Assembly (NCBI RefSeq): GCF_000284455.1
Contig: NC_017039.1
Coordinates: 1,770,001 to 1,802,000 of the forward strand
Length of the DNA stretch: 32,000 nucleotides
Direction: 5' to 3'
DNA from: Synechocystis sp. PCC 6803 substr. PCC-P
Lineage (GTDB): Bacteria > Cyanobacteriota > Cyanobacteriia > Cyanobacteriales > Microcystaceae
Each line of letters begins with the position of its first letter. The first letter of the stretch is position 1. A program made the position numbers and the translations under genes. The notes under the pieces are model-generated. The model ran no database searches, was not told where the DNA came from, and saw only the letters and a program-made list of their open reading frames with translations. Below, one piece after another: positions 1 to 10,033 of this stretch.

Positions 1-449
1 AACCCTATAACGTTATTTACGGGGGACAGCATGTCCAGGACTTGAGCGAACATCCCAACCGTTGCGTCAAAATTTTTATGGGGCCGAATCGGGGCAATTG
101 CAGTACTGCCTCTGGGCGTTACCAGTTTTTGAATACCACCTGGGCTGAAAAAGCGGGTAAATATCATCCCCAGCCCCAGAAATTTTTGCTCTGGAAAAAT
201 TACAGCTTTGAGCCGGAGTACCAGGACCAAGTGCTTTACCGTTGGCTAGCTGATACCAAAGCCTGGGGGATGGATATTGGGGCCCAATTGCGGGCAGGGC
301 ATCTAGACCAGGTTTTGCGTCACCTTTCCCCCACTTGGACTAGTTTGGGCTACGGCATTGAGGACAATGTGATTACCAGACGTTTACCGGAACTTTATCA
401 AAAGTTGTTGCAAGAAGAATTGCTTTTGGCCCACCATCATCAGGATTGA
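1..449 (+). CDS. Lysozyme-like / glycoside hydrolase (endolysin-type) protein, 5' end outside the window
   Basis: Frame is open to base 3 upstream of the listed TTG start (PYNVIYGGQHVQDLSEHPNRCVKIFMGPNRG...). The STASGRYQFLNTTW segment is typical of phage-lysozyme-like muramidases. Confidence 0.75.
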   Translation, partial: PYNVIYGGQHVQDLSEHPNRCVKIFMGPNRGNCSTASGRYQFLNTTWAEKAGKYHPQPQKFLLWKNYSFEPEYQDQVLYRWLADTKAWGMDIGAQLRAGHLDQVLRHLSPTWTSLGYGIEDNVITRRLPELYQKLLQEELLLAHHHQD

Positions 450-485
450 AGGGATTTGACAAAAAATTTATTCCTAGTTGTCCCC

Positions 486-1271
486 TTAGCCACAAACCGC
501 AGTGTGCCTGACTGGAATTTGTCTCGCTTCTAAAAAGGTTTTCAACTCCCCAATGGTTAACTGACCATAGTGCAATAGGGAAGCTAACAGTGCCGCTTCA
601 GCTTTGCCTTCCGTGAATGCTTCGTACACGTGCTGACAATTACCCGCTCCCCCGGAAGCAATCACCGGAATTTCCACCCGTTCGGCGATCGCCGCTGTGA
701 GGGCCAGATCGTAACCCGCTTGGGTGCCATCCCCGTCCATACTGGTGACCAGCAATTCCCCTGCCCCCCGTTTGGCCACTTCCTCCGCCCAGGCGATCGC
801 ATCTAGGCCGGTGTTTTCCCGCCCCCCCCGCACATACACATCCCAGCCGGGATTATCCGCATCTAACCGACGACGGGCATCGATCGCCACCACAATGCAT
901 TGCCGCCCAAAACGGTCACTAGCTCGACTAATAAAGTCCGGGTCCCGCACAGCAGAGGAATTAACACTCACCTTATCTGCCCCAGCCCGGAGCAGATTTT
1001 TAATATGTTCCAACGTAGAAATGCCGCCCCCTACCGTTAGGGGAATAAACACCTCTTCCGCAGTGCGATAAACCACATCAATAATGGTGTCCCGTTGCTC
1101 GTGGGTAGCAGTGATGTCTAAAAACACCAACTCGTCTGCCCCCGCTTCGTTATAGGCCCGGGCCAACTCCACCGGATCCCCGGCATCTTGGAGATCAACA
1201 AAGTTTATGCCCTTGACCACCCGCCCTGCATTGACATCTAAACAAGGCAAAATCCGTTTTGCTAAGGTCAT
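486..1271 (-). CDS. hisF: Imidazole glycerol phosphate synthase subunit HisF
   Basis: [37 protein letters not shown]..., [37 protein letters not shown]; full length 261 aa. Confidence 0.98.
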   Translation of the reverse strand: MTLAKRILPCLDVNAGRVVKGINFVDLQDAGDPVELARAYNEAGADELVFLDITATHEQRDTIIDVVYRTAEEVFIPLTVGGGISTLEHIKNLLRAGADKVSVNSSAVRDPDFISRASDRFGRQCIVVAIDARRRLDADNPGWDVYVRGGRENTGLDAIAWAEEVAKRGAGELLVTSMDGDGTQAGYDLALTAAIAERVEIPVIASGGAGNCQHVYEAFTEGKAEAALLASLLHYGQLTIGELKTFLEARQIPVRHTAVCG

Positions 1272-1484
1272 AATTTTATTGCAAATATTTCAAACAAAAA
1301 TTGTGGTCAATGTGAATTAAACGAAGCAAATAAAACATCCGAACCCGGCAATTTGTCCGTAGTATCCCAAAGATTAAGCTCGAATGGGGCGGTGAAGTTC
1401 CATTTCCCCATCCAAGTCCCTTGGCCGACAAATACATTTTCCCAGCAACTTAGTTGAGGGGAAGGTTTTCTGTTGACTATTGAT

Positions 1485-2231
1485 TTAGAAACCAAAGCTG
1501 GGGAAAGGAATGGGCACCGGCAAACTGGGGATAGGGGGAGAGTAGTTCACTCCGCCGGTGGAACAACTCAGCCCGGGCAAAAGGTTGGAGCACATACTCT
1601 GCAAGGCTCCATCCGGAGTGATCGGAATGCTGAAGCCATTGAACAAACTACCACTCAAAAGGGCGACTAACTCCTCCGGAGTCATGGGAATCACAGAACC
1701 GAGGATGCCCTCCAAAACACTGACCTTTTCCCCCGCTTTAACCCGAGTTCTTTGCTGTGGATTTTCCGGATCACTAACCAACACCGCCCCCTCCAGAACC
1801 TTAATTTCCCCCGATTGACCTTCATTCCTTTCCATGACATACACTGTGCCAGTCACCGCCACACTGACCCCCGCCATACAACCATTGACAGGACCACTGG
1901 CCAGCAACTTACCCCGTTCCAACTCTACGCATTGACCGACAATTACGCTGGCATTTTCGCTCAATCTTCCTGACGCCCCATTATTAAACAATATTCCGGC
2001 TCTGGCTTTTTTGGTCACTATGACCTGGCCAAATTCCGCTTGGTCATCCACTTTTGCCTGGATTTCTTCGATGTAAACCTGGGGACCGTCAATGATTTCC
2101 TGCACCACTGCTTGGCTGATTTGGGCTTGGCTGGGGGCCACGGCCCATCCCAGGGCGAGTAAGGGCGCAGAAGCACCGATGGCACTTAGTTTAAGAAATT
2201 TGGCTTTGGGTGAGCTGGGTGGGGTAATCAT
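1485..2231 (-). CDS. Exported FecR-domain protein
   Basis: N-terminal signal peptide (LSAIGASAPLLALGWAVAPSQAQ). Central FecR-like pattern (GQVIVTKKARAGILFNNGASGRLSENASVIVG...VTGTVYVM...IKVLEGAVLVSD...V.AGEKVSV). Confidence 0.75.
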   Translation of the reverse strand: MITPPSSPKAKFLKLSAIGASAPLLALGWAVAPSQAQISQAVVQEIIDGPQVYIEEIQAKVDDQAEFGQVIVTKKARAGILFNNGASGRLSENASVIVGQCVELERGKLLASGPVNGCMAGVSVAVTGTVYVMERNEGQSGEIKVLEGAVLVSDPENPQQRTRVKAGEKVSVLEGILGSVIPMTPEELVALLSGSLFNGFSIPITPDGALQSMCSNLLPGLSCSTGGVNYSPPIPSLPVPIPFPSFGF

Positions 2232-2379
2232 GGCATGGCACCGGGAAAGGATCTGTAGGGGAACGTAAAATTGGTTAGGGGGGGGGAAAGTCGTTTTTCT
2301 TTGGGGCTAGACGACACAGGAAAATTTTCGCTTCCATCTTAGCCGTTTATCAACGTATTTTATTGGAGAAAAAGTGGTC

Positions 2380-5178
2380 ATGGCAGTGCGTTTTTTGTTC
2401 AACTTAACCTTTGCCTCCGTGGTCACAGTTTGTGTTTTGGGGGGCGGGAAATGGAGTTATATATCTTTAGCCCAGTCTCCCCCAGAAGTCATCTTGAAAG
2501 GAGAAAGTAAAACTCCGATCGCCACTGCTCAGCAATATTTTAATCAGGGTCTCAAGCATTATCAGCAGGGTAACCTAACAGATTTTCAAGCGGCCCAAAG
2601 TTCCTGGGAAGAGGCCTTGGCCCTCTGGCGGCAGGAAAATAATTTACCCCAGATAGCGGTCACGTTAAATTTTCTTTGTTTGGTTCAGCGTCAGTTGGCT
2701 CCCCCGACAAAGGCCTTAGCCTGTTACCAAGAGTTATTAACCACCGCCCAAGCCTTGAAAGATACCCAAACGGAGGCTAATGGTCTGGTGGCGATCGCCC
2801 AATTGCAATTACAACAGGGTAACTACCAGGAGGCATTTGAAAGCTTGGAAAAGTCCTTACCCCTTTGGCAACAAGCCAACTTTAAAACGGGGGAGGTGAT
2901 TAGTCAGAATGAGTTGGGGCAAATGTATTTGACTTTGGGGGCAACAACTCAGGCCGAGTATTTTTACAACAAAGCTTTGGCCCAGGCCCAATCCTTGGGG
3001 AACCGGGGTAATATCGCTGGCATTGAACATAATTTGGCCCAGGTGAAATTAGCCAGTGGAGATCTAAAAGGCGCTTTAGCCCTGGAAGAAAATGCTTTTC
3101 AACATTGGCAAGGTTTGATCCATGACCTTGGCGATCGGGCCACACCGGATCTTGTGCGAGGCCAGGCAGCGGGATTAAATAACCTCGCTTTTATGCAGGT
3201 GCAAAATCAGCAATTAAATTTAGCCCAAGAAAATTACCAAAAAGCATTAATAATCTGGCAACGGTTGGGGGATAAAAATGGGGAAGCTAGTAGCTTAAAT
3301 AATTTGGGTTACCTAGCTTTTTTGCAAGGGGATTTACCCACAGCGCTCGATTACTATCAACGGGCTTTAATCCTACGACAAACCACTGGCGATCGCCTGA
3401 AGGAAAGCTTAACTCGCTATTGGTTAGCGGTGGCTTGGAAGCAACAGGGAGAAGTACAGCAGGCCATGGCGGAAATTGAAGAGGCAATTTATTTACTGGA
3501 AAATCTACGACAGGCCATTGGCAACGAGGATTTAAGGGCTAGCTTTTTAGCTTCCAAACAGGATTATTATCAGTTTTATATTGACCTGTTAATGGAACAA
3601 CATCAACGGCAACCCAATCAAGGCTGGGATGAAAAAGCTTTGGTGGTTAGTGAATCCGCTAAAGCTAGATCTTTGTTGGATATTTTGGCCCAAACCCCAG
3701 GGAAAATCACCAAGGGAATTTCTTCTCAGTTGGTAAACGAAAAAGAAACCATTGAACAGCAACTCAATACCCTCCAGGAAAAGAAAATCAAGTTATATAG
3801 TTCTAACTATGATCCACAAAAACAAAGGGAGTTGGACCAGGCCATAACAGATCTATTGCAACGGTATGACCGAGTTTTAGGGCAAATTGAGCGACAAAAT
3901 CCCGACTATAGCGCCCTTACCCGCCCCCGACCATTGGACTTACCTCAAATCCAAGCCCTGTTGGACAATGAAACCCTATTGTTGGCATACGCCCTGGGCA
4001 AAGAGCGCAGTCATCTCTGGGTGGTAAGTGAATCTAGCCTGCGGAGTTACGTACTTCCCGGCGCTGACCAGTTGGACGAGGCCATTAAGACCTTTCGCCA
4101 ATCCTTTTTGGAGCCTACCCAGCGGATTCGTCGCCCCCTGGCCATCAATCAAGGGGCCCAGTTATATAGTCAGTTAATCCCAGACCCGACAGTGATTGCA
4201 GGAAAAAGATTGCTGATTGTGCCCGATGGCGTGTTGCAATATCTGCCCTTTGGAGCCTTGGTGACGGACAATCCTCCCGGCCAGCCCCCCACCTATTTAA
4301 CTGATCGCCACGAATTGGTTACCATGCCGTCTGCTTCTACCCTAGGCATTCTGCGGCAAAATACGGCCCAGAGGAAACCAGCCCCCAATTTGCTGGCGGT
4401 GTTTGCCGATCCAGTATTCACCAGTAGTGACGAAAGGTTGGGTACGGCGATCGCCCGTCGTCCAGACAATTTGCCGGTGGATTTGGAACTGTCCGCCAGG
4501 GATGCGGGGGTTTATTTTGACCGGCTCCCCTACACCGAACAGGAAGCTGAACAATTGGTGGCCCTCTTTCCCCCGGAAGCCAGTTTAAATGAATTAGGCT
4601 TTGAAGCCACCAGGGCCCGGGTTTTTGCCGACACCATGGGGCAGTATCGTTTTATTCACTTTGCCACCCACGGCATTCTCAACAGTAAAAATCCTCAACT
4701 GTCGGGACTGGTCCTTTCCCTACTCAATCCAGAGGGGGAACCCATCAACGGATTCGTGCGTTTGTACGATATTTTTAACCTTAACCTGCCAGCGGACTTA
4801 GTGGTGCTCAGTGCTTGCCAAACAGGACTTGGTCAGGAAATCCGGGGCGAAGGACTAATTGGCCTGACTAGAGGTTTTATGTATGCCGGGGCGGCTAGGG
4901 TCGTGGTTAGCCTGTGGAGTGTGGATGACGAAGCCACCGCCCGTTTAATGACGGAGTTTTACCGGGCTTTACTGCAACGGCAAATGCCCCCGGCCGCCGC
5001 CTTGCAATGGGCCAAACAAAAATTGAAGGAAGACCCCCGTTTTGCTTCCCCCTATTTTTGGGCCGGTTTCACCCTCCAGGGGGAATGGCAAAATTTACGC
5101 CCTACTAATCAGTTAGTCAAGGGAACGTCTCCGGCTTCATCGGTACCGACAAAAAGAATGGGCACATCGCTAAATTGA
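2380..5178 (+). CDS. Exported TPR-repeat protein with C-terminal CHAT (caspase-like) protease domain
   Basis: Hydrophobic N-terminus. Multiple TPRs (e.g. GNYQEAFESLEKSLPLWQQ, GEASSLNNLGYLAFLQGDLPTALDYYQRALIL). CHAT His/Cys motifs IHFATHG and LVVLSACQTGLG are both intact. ATG at 2380, 6 nt inside the listed GTG. Confidence 0.93.
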   Translation: MAVRFLFNLTFASVVTVCVLGGGKWSYISLAQSPPEVILKGESKTPIATAQQYFNQGLKHYQQGNLTDFQAAQSSWEEALALWRQENNLPQIAVTLNFLCLVQRQLAPPTKALACYQELLTTAQALKDTQTEANGLVAIAQLQLQQGNYQEAFESLEKSLPLWQQANFKTGEVISQNELGQMYLTLGATTQAEYFYNKALAQAQSLGNRGNIAGIEHNLAQVKLASGDLKGALALEENAFQHWQGLIHDLGDRATPDLVRGQAAGLNNLAFMQVQNQQLNLAQENYQKALIIWQRLGDKNGEASSLNNLGYLAFLQGDLPTALDYYQRALILRQTTGDRLKESLTRYWLAVAWKQQGEVQQAMAEIEEAIYLLENLRQAIGNEDLRASFLASKQDYYQFYIDLLMEQHQRQPNQGWDEKALVVSESAKARSLLDILAQTPGKITKGISSQLVNEKETIEQQLNTLQEKKIKLYSSNYDPQKQRELDQAITDLLQRYDRVLGQIERQNPDYSALTRPRPLDLPQIQALLDNETLLLAYALGKERSHLWVVSESSLRSYVLPGADQLDEAIKTFRQSFLEPTQRIRRPLAINQGAQLYSQLIPDPTVIAGKRLLIVPDGVLQYLPFGALVTDNPPGQPPTYLTDRHELVTMPSASTLGILRQNTAQRKPAPNLLAVFADPVFTSSDERLGTAIARRPDNLPVDLELSARDAGVYFDRLPYTEQEAEQLVALFPPEASLNELGFEATRARVFADTMGQYRFIHFATHGILNSKNPQLSGLVLSLLNPEGEPINGFVRLYDIFNLNLPADLVVLSACQTGLGQEIRGEGLIGLTRGFMYAGAARVVVSLWSVDDEATARLMTEFYRALLQRQMPPAAALQWAKQKLKEDPRFASPYFWAGFTLQGEWQNLRPTNQLVKGTSPASSVPTKRMGTSLN

Positions 5179-5867
5179 CCCAAACCCACGGAATCAAACA
5201 GTTCTACCAATTCCTGCCGTTGTTCCGGCAGACTGGCCACAATCATCAACGTATCTTGCCAAATACCTTGGTTGGCATAGAGATTGGCTTTGCTCAAAGG
5301 TTCATTGGTTTCTTCAATTTGCTCTGTTATCTCAACATCTAATTCCTGGCGCACGAGCCCGGCTTCCACCGCACTGCCCACCACTTGGTTGTCAATGGTG
5401 CAATTAACGGCAAATGCCCAAGCATATTCCCCGCCTGGTTCTAACCCTACGGTTGTGGGAACGGCGATCGCCAAAATACTTTCCTTACTGGGCACCGCCA
5501 CGGTTTGGCTATGGATTAATTCCCCGGCCCCATCCACTAGGACAAATTCCCCTTCCACTCCTTTGTTGGCGGGTACATAAACAAACAAACTAGGATTGGC
5601 CGTAGCGGTAAACGTGTCTTGGCTGGGGGCCACTATTCTGAGGTTGGTGTTGGCCTGGGTGAAACAACTGCCGCCCCTAGTGCCTCCTCCTCCGGAGCTT
5701 TGGGTGGTACCCCGATCACCAGCCTGGGGAAATTTCAAGCTAACTAGGGTTTCCGTTGGGGTTGGGCTAAAGGATAAATCATCAACACCAGAGGCAATGG
5801 TCTGGGGGGCAGATACGGTAAAGGTTAGGGCAGTGGCTAACAAAAGCGGCAAGGGATGATTAACCAT
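5109..5867 (-). CDS. Exported DUF928-family protein
   Basis: Signal peptide (LLLATALTFTVSAPQTIA). DUF928-type motif GGGGTRGG.C, Y.WAFAVNC, and the W.DTL..(V/A)xL tail. Confidence 0.75.
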   Translation of the reverse strand: MVNHPLPLLLATALTFTVSAPQTIASGVDDLSFSPTPTETLVSLKFPQAGDRGTTQSSGGGGTRGGSCFTQANTNLRIVAPSQDTFTATANPSLFVYVPANKGVEGEFVLVDGAGELIHSQTVAVPSKESILAIAVPTTVGLEPGGEYAWAFAVNCTIDNQVVGSAVEAGLVRQELDVEITEQIEETNEPLSKANLYANQGIWQDTLMIVASLPEQRQELVELFDSVGLGQFSDVPILFVGTDEAGDVPLTN

Positions 5868-6010
5868 GGCAAATTTGGGAATTTGAGGAATTATGGTTCC
5901 AGCTTAGCCTAGGTCAACCCGGGGTAACGAGGGGATGTTCAGTGGCGGGATTGACCAATAAAAATTCCGTTGGCTGGAGGTTAGGGGGTCTACAGTGGAG
6001 TGAGAATTGT

Positions 6011-6565
6011 CTAAGGACGATAAATCCCCACTTTTGGCACCATTTGGGGGGCAGGGGGCCGATAATTGCGACCAAAACCGTAGTCCCCCAACCACATCAA
6101 GCCATGGCGAATATTATCCGTTCCCCCCTCGGCAAAATATTGCCACAGGCAATGGACTGCGGTGAGGGGCACTGTGGACTGGTTCATCAGGGAGGGATCT
6201 GGGCGATCGTCCCCCGGCAAGACAAATAATTTCAGATCTGGTTTGGTTACCGTTAGTTCCCCCAATACTTCCAAGCCGTAGGGCCAATAGCTTTTTCCCC
6301 CCAACAGCCGCACCACAATTACCTCTGCTTGGCCCAATACCCGATCGCCGTAGTCATCGAGGGAAAAAGACTGTTGCAAATTCAGCAGATTACAAACCCG
6401 CAGATCGGGAAAATCCCCGGGCAATCGGGGCCACACCCTGGCGATTGCCTGGATATCAGTGTCAGCGGCGGTTAAAAAAATTAGCGGCGCAGGAGTTTGC
6501 TCAACGATAATAACCCCTTCCATGGCCGGGGTCCAACCACCGGGAAGACTAGCAAGACGATGCAT
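6011..6565 (-). pseudogene. Truncated CobN-like (cobaltochelatase large subunit) N-terminal fragment
   Basis: MHRLASLPGGW...EGVIIVEQTPAPLIFLTAADTDIQ...VIVVRLLGGKSYWPYGLEVL...LPGDDRPDPSLMNQSTVPL...LWQYFAEGG...VGIYRP matches the CobN N-terminus but stops at 184 aa. CobN is normally over 1000 aa. Confidence 0.7.
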
Positions 6566-6756
6566 AATAGTTGAAAATATATGGAGATAAATCCATGGAC
6601 TGACAAGGGCTAGATAAATAATTTCCTTAAAAAAATCTTAGATCTTTAAAAATACTTAGATTTTGAAGGGTTAGGCAAAAACCTAGGCATGATGGAAATA
6701 GAAATCCATGGGGCTTGGTCGTTGAATGCCGCCGCCCAGTCTATGTTCAATTCGGC

Positions 6757-9009
6757 ATGCTACCCGCTTTTTCCCCCATTTTCCGTCGACTCTTACCTGC
6801 TGTCACCTTTGAACGCTTGCTCCGTTTTTGGCGTACCCTGGCCCAACAAACAGGAGATGGGGTGCAGTGTTTTGTGGGGGATTTGCCCAGTAGTTTGAAG
6901 CCTCCCCCTGGGCCATCGGTGCTGGAGGCAGAGGTTGACCACCGTTTTGCCCTCCTGGTTAGTCCAGGGCAATGGGCCCTGTTGGAAGGAGAACAAATTT
7001 CTCCCCACCATTATGCGGTGTCCATCACTTTTGCCCAGGGTATCATCGAAGACTTCATTCAAAAGCAAAATTTGCCCGTGGTAGCGGAAGCCATGCCCCA
7101 CCGGCCAGAGACTCCATCTGGTCCCACCATTGCCGAACAATTGACCCTGGGGCTACTAGAAATTCTCAATAGCGACAGCACCAGCTTTTCCCCAGAGCCT
7201 TCTCTCCAGGACAGTTTGCAGGCTAGTCAAGTCAAACTTTTGAGCCAGGTTATTGCCCAAATTCGCCAAAGTTTAGACCTGTCGGAAATCCTCAACAATG
7301 CGGTGACGGCAGTGCAAAAATTTCTCTTTGTCGATCGCCTAGTTATTTACCAATTCCACTACAGCCAACCATCCCTAACACCGCTCGAGGAAAATCAAAT
7401 TCCCGCCCCCAGGCCCCGCCAGCAATATGGAGAGGTGACCTACGAAGCCCGGCGATCGCCAGAAATTGACACCATGTTGGGCATCATGACCGAAAACGAT
7501 TGTTTTTCCCAGGTCTTCAGCTACGAACAGAAGTATCTTAAGGGCGCCGTGGTGGCGGTCAGCGACATTGAAAATCACTACTCTTCTTCCTACTGTTTAG
7601 TCGGGCTGCTGCAACGCTATCAGGTCCGGGCTAAATTAGTTGCTCCCATTATTGTTGAAGGACAACTTTGGGGTTTGTTGATTGCCCACCAGTGTCACCA
7701 CCCCCGGCAATGGTTGGATAGCGAGAAGAATTTTTTAGGCCAAATCGGCGAACACCTAGCTGTGGCGATCGTGCAATCCTTGCTGTATAGCGAAGTGCAA
7801 AAACAAAAAAATAACTTTGAAAAGCGAGTAATTGAACGGACCAAGGAATTGCGGGATACCCTCATGGCGGCCCAGGCAGCTAACCTCCTCAAAAGTCAAT
7901 TTATCAATAATATTTCCCATGAGTTACGCACTCCTTTGACCAGTATTATCGGTCTTTCTGCTACTTTGTTAAGATGGTTCGACCATCCCGCTTCCCTACC
8001 CCCAGCTAAGCAACAATATTACCTACTAAATATCCAAGAAAACGGTAAAAAACTGCTGGATCAAATTAACAGTATTATCCAACTGTCCCAGCTTGAATCC
8101 GGCCAAACAGCCCTCAACTGTCAATCTTTTTCCCTGCATACCCTAGCCCAGACAGTGATTCACTCCCTGTTGGGGGTGGCAATTAAACAACAAATTAATT
8201 TAGAGCTAGATTACCAAATTAATGTGGGCCAAGACCAATTCTGCGCTGATCAGGAAAGACTTGACCAAATTCTGACCCAATTGCTCAATAATGCGCTGAA
8301 ATTTACTCCGGCGGAAGGCACAGTTATCCTCCGCATTTGGAAAGAAAGTAACCAGGCTATTTTTCAGGTGGAAGATACGGGCATTGGCATCAATGAACAA
8401 CAGTTGCCGGTGTTATTTGAAGCTTTTAAAGTGGCGGGGGACAGCTACACTAGCTTCTATGAAACCGGTGGCGTCGGCCTGGCCTTAACCAAGCAGTTGG
8501 TGGAACTCCATGGCGGGTATATCGAAGTGGAATCTAGCCCTGGGCAAGGGACAATTTTTACCACTGTAATCCCCCAGCAGAATTTCCCCCCAACCACCAA
8601 GGGACAAGTGCAGGATAAGTTGGATGCCGCCATGCCCTTTAATTCCAGTGTAATTGTCATCGAACAGGATGAGGAAATTGCCACGCTGATTTGTGAATTA
8701 TTAACTGTGGCTAACTATCAGGTCATTTGGTTAATTGATACTACGAATGCTTTGCAGCAGGTGGAACTGTTACAACCGGGTTTGATTATTGTGGATGGGG
8801 ATTTTGTCGATGTAACGGAAGTGACCAGGGGTATTAAAAAGTCCCGGCGCATCAGTAAGGTCACGGTTTTTCTGCTGAGTGAGTCCCTATCCTCAGCGGA
8901 GTGGCAGGCCTTATCCCAAAAAGGTATTGACGATTACTTGCTCAAACCCCTCCAGCCAGAATTACTTTTACAACGGGTGCAGAGTATCCAGCAGGAACCC
9001 CTCCGCTAA
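6757..9009 (+). CDS. Hybrid histidine kinase: unassigned N-terminus, GAF domain, HisKA/HATPase, receiver domain
   Basis: H-box NISHELRTPLTSIIG; N-box LLNNALKFTP; G-boxes VEDTGIGI and GGVGLALTKQLVE; C-terminal receiver SSVIVIEQDEE...LIIVDGD...DDYLLKPLQPE. GAF has CLVGLLQRYQVRAKLVAPIIVEGQLWGLLIAHQC. An ATG at 6757 is preferred over the upstream start at 6715. Confidence 0.93.
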   Translation: MLPAFSPIFRRLLPAVTFERLLRFWRTLAQQTGDGVQCFVGDLPSSLKPPPGPSVLEAEVDHRFALLVSPGQWALLEGEQISPHHYAVSITFAQGIIEDFIQKQNLPVVAEAMPHRPETPSGPTIAEQLTLGLLEILNSDSTSFSPEPSLQDSLQASQVKLLSQVIAQIRQSLDLSEILNNAVTAVQKFLFVDRLVIYQFHYSQPSLTPLEENQIPAPRPRQQYGEVTYEARRSPEIDTMLGIMTENDCFSQVFSYEQKYLKGAVVAVSDIENHYSSSYCLVGLLQRYQVRAKLVAPIIVEGQLWGLLIAHQCHHPRQWLDSEKNFLGQIGEHLAVAIVQSLLYSEVQKQKNNFEKRVIERTKELRDTLMAAQAANLLKSQFINNISHELRTPLTSIIGLSATLLRWFDHPASLPPAKQQYYLLNIQENGKKLLDQINSIIQLSQLESGQTALNCQSFSLHTLAQTVIHSLLGVAIKQQINLELDYQINVGQDQFCADQERLDQILTQLLNNALKFTPAEGTVILRIWKESNQAIFQVEDTGIGINEQQLPVLFEAFKVAGDSYTSFYETGGVGLALTKQLVELHGGYIEVESSPGQGTIFTTVIPQQNFPPTTKGQVQDKLDAAMPFNSSVIVIEQDEEIATLICELLTVANYQVIWLIDTTNALQQVELLQPGLIIVDGDFVDVTEVTRGIKKSRRISKVTVFLLSESLSSAEWQALSQKGIDDYLLKPLQPELLLQRVQSIQQEPLR

Positions 9010-9038
9010 ATTTTTTACGATTAATGCTTGGACTATAG

Positions 9039-9326
<288 letters not shown>

Positions 9327-9511
9327 GAATTAATCATCCAGTCAAAGCAGTTATAGCCATTGGGACGATTAGGCAATATTGTCAAACCATTTCTTTATGG
9401 CCCGTTGATAAAACTGAGCTAATCTCCAATCTCTATAACCACCATCTGCCACATAACTCTGTACTTTTTTCCTCCGCCAATCAGCCTTTCTACCCCGCAC
9501 TAAGCCCCCCC

Positions 9512-10033
9512 ATGAGCATCCAAGAAATCTTTACCAAAGCCCTCCAGGATGGATACCTCACCCCCGCTATGGAAGCAGAAGTGGGACGTCTTTGTGAAAG
9601 TGGAGTGGATTTAGACCAAGGGGAATACGAAGCGCTCGATCGCCTGATGGCGGCCCTGTTGGCTGGGGACGTGGTGGCCATGCCCCACAAGAAATTTATT
9701 AACGTCATGGAGGAAATGGTCCTCACTGAGGTGGTTTCCCAGGTGTCTAAATATCAGAAGACCACGGAAAAACAACCCGATATTGCCGACATTGCCGCCT
9801 ATGCCCTCAACCGCCTACCACCACTGTACGCCACCTCCGAAGAGGGCGCCGAATATCAACGGCAACGGGCCTCTGAAGAACTGGAGTTTCTTATTCAACA
9901 ACAGGTGAAAGATGGCTTGGGCAGATATTTTGATCGGCCTCAAATCGCTGACCGTAAGCCCCTAGAACCATTAGTGAAACAGGATCTGATCAGTCAAATG
10001 GCATTGTTATTGGAAGCCCTAGCCCAGGATTGA
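9512..10033 (+). CDS. ComFB-domain protein (late competence development family)
   Basis: NVMEEMVLTEV..Q...Y.........DIAAYALNRLPPLYATSEEGAEYQ matches the ComFB domain; 173 aa. Confidence 0.8.
   Translation: MSIQEIFTKALQDGYLTPAMEAEVGRLCESGVDLDQGEYEALDRLMAALLAGDVVAMPHKKFINVMEEMVLTEVVSQVSKYQKTTEKQPDIADIAAYALNRLPPLYATSEEGAEYQRQRASEELEFLIQQQVKDGLGRYFDRPQIADRKPLEPLVKQDLISQMALLLEALAQD

Noticed and set aside
724-1071. 115-aa + strand ORF inside hisF
   Set aside because: Fully antisense to a clear, conserved hisF; no domain pattern.
5284-5859. + strand ORFs antisense to the DUF928 gene
   Set aside because: Low-complexity translations that mirror the real - strand coding sequence.
5904-6095. 63-aa - strand ORF after the CobN-like stop, as a possible frameshifted continuation
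   Set aside because: Its translation does not resemble CobN, and it overlaps the fragment end in another frame.
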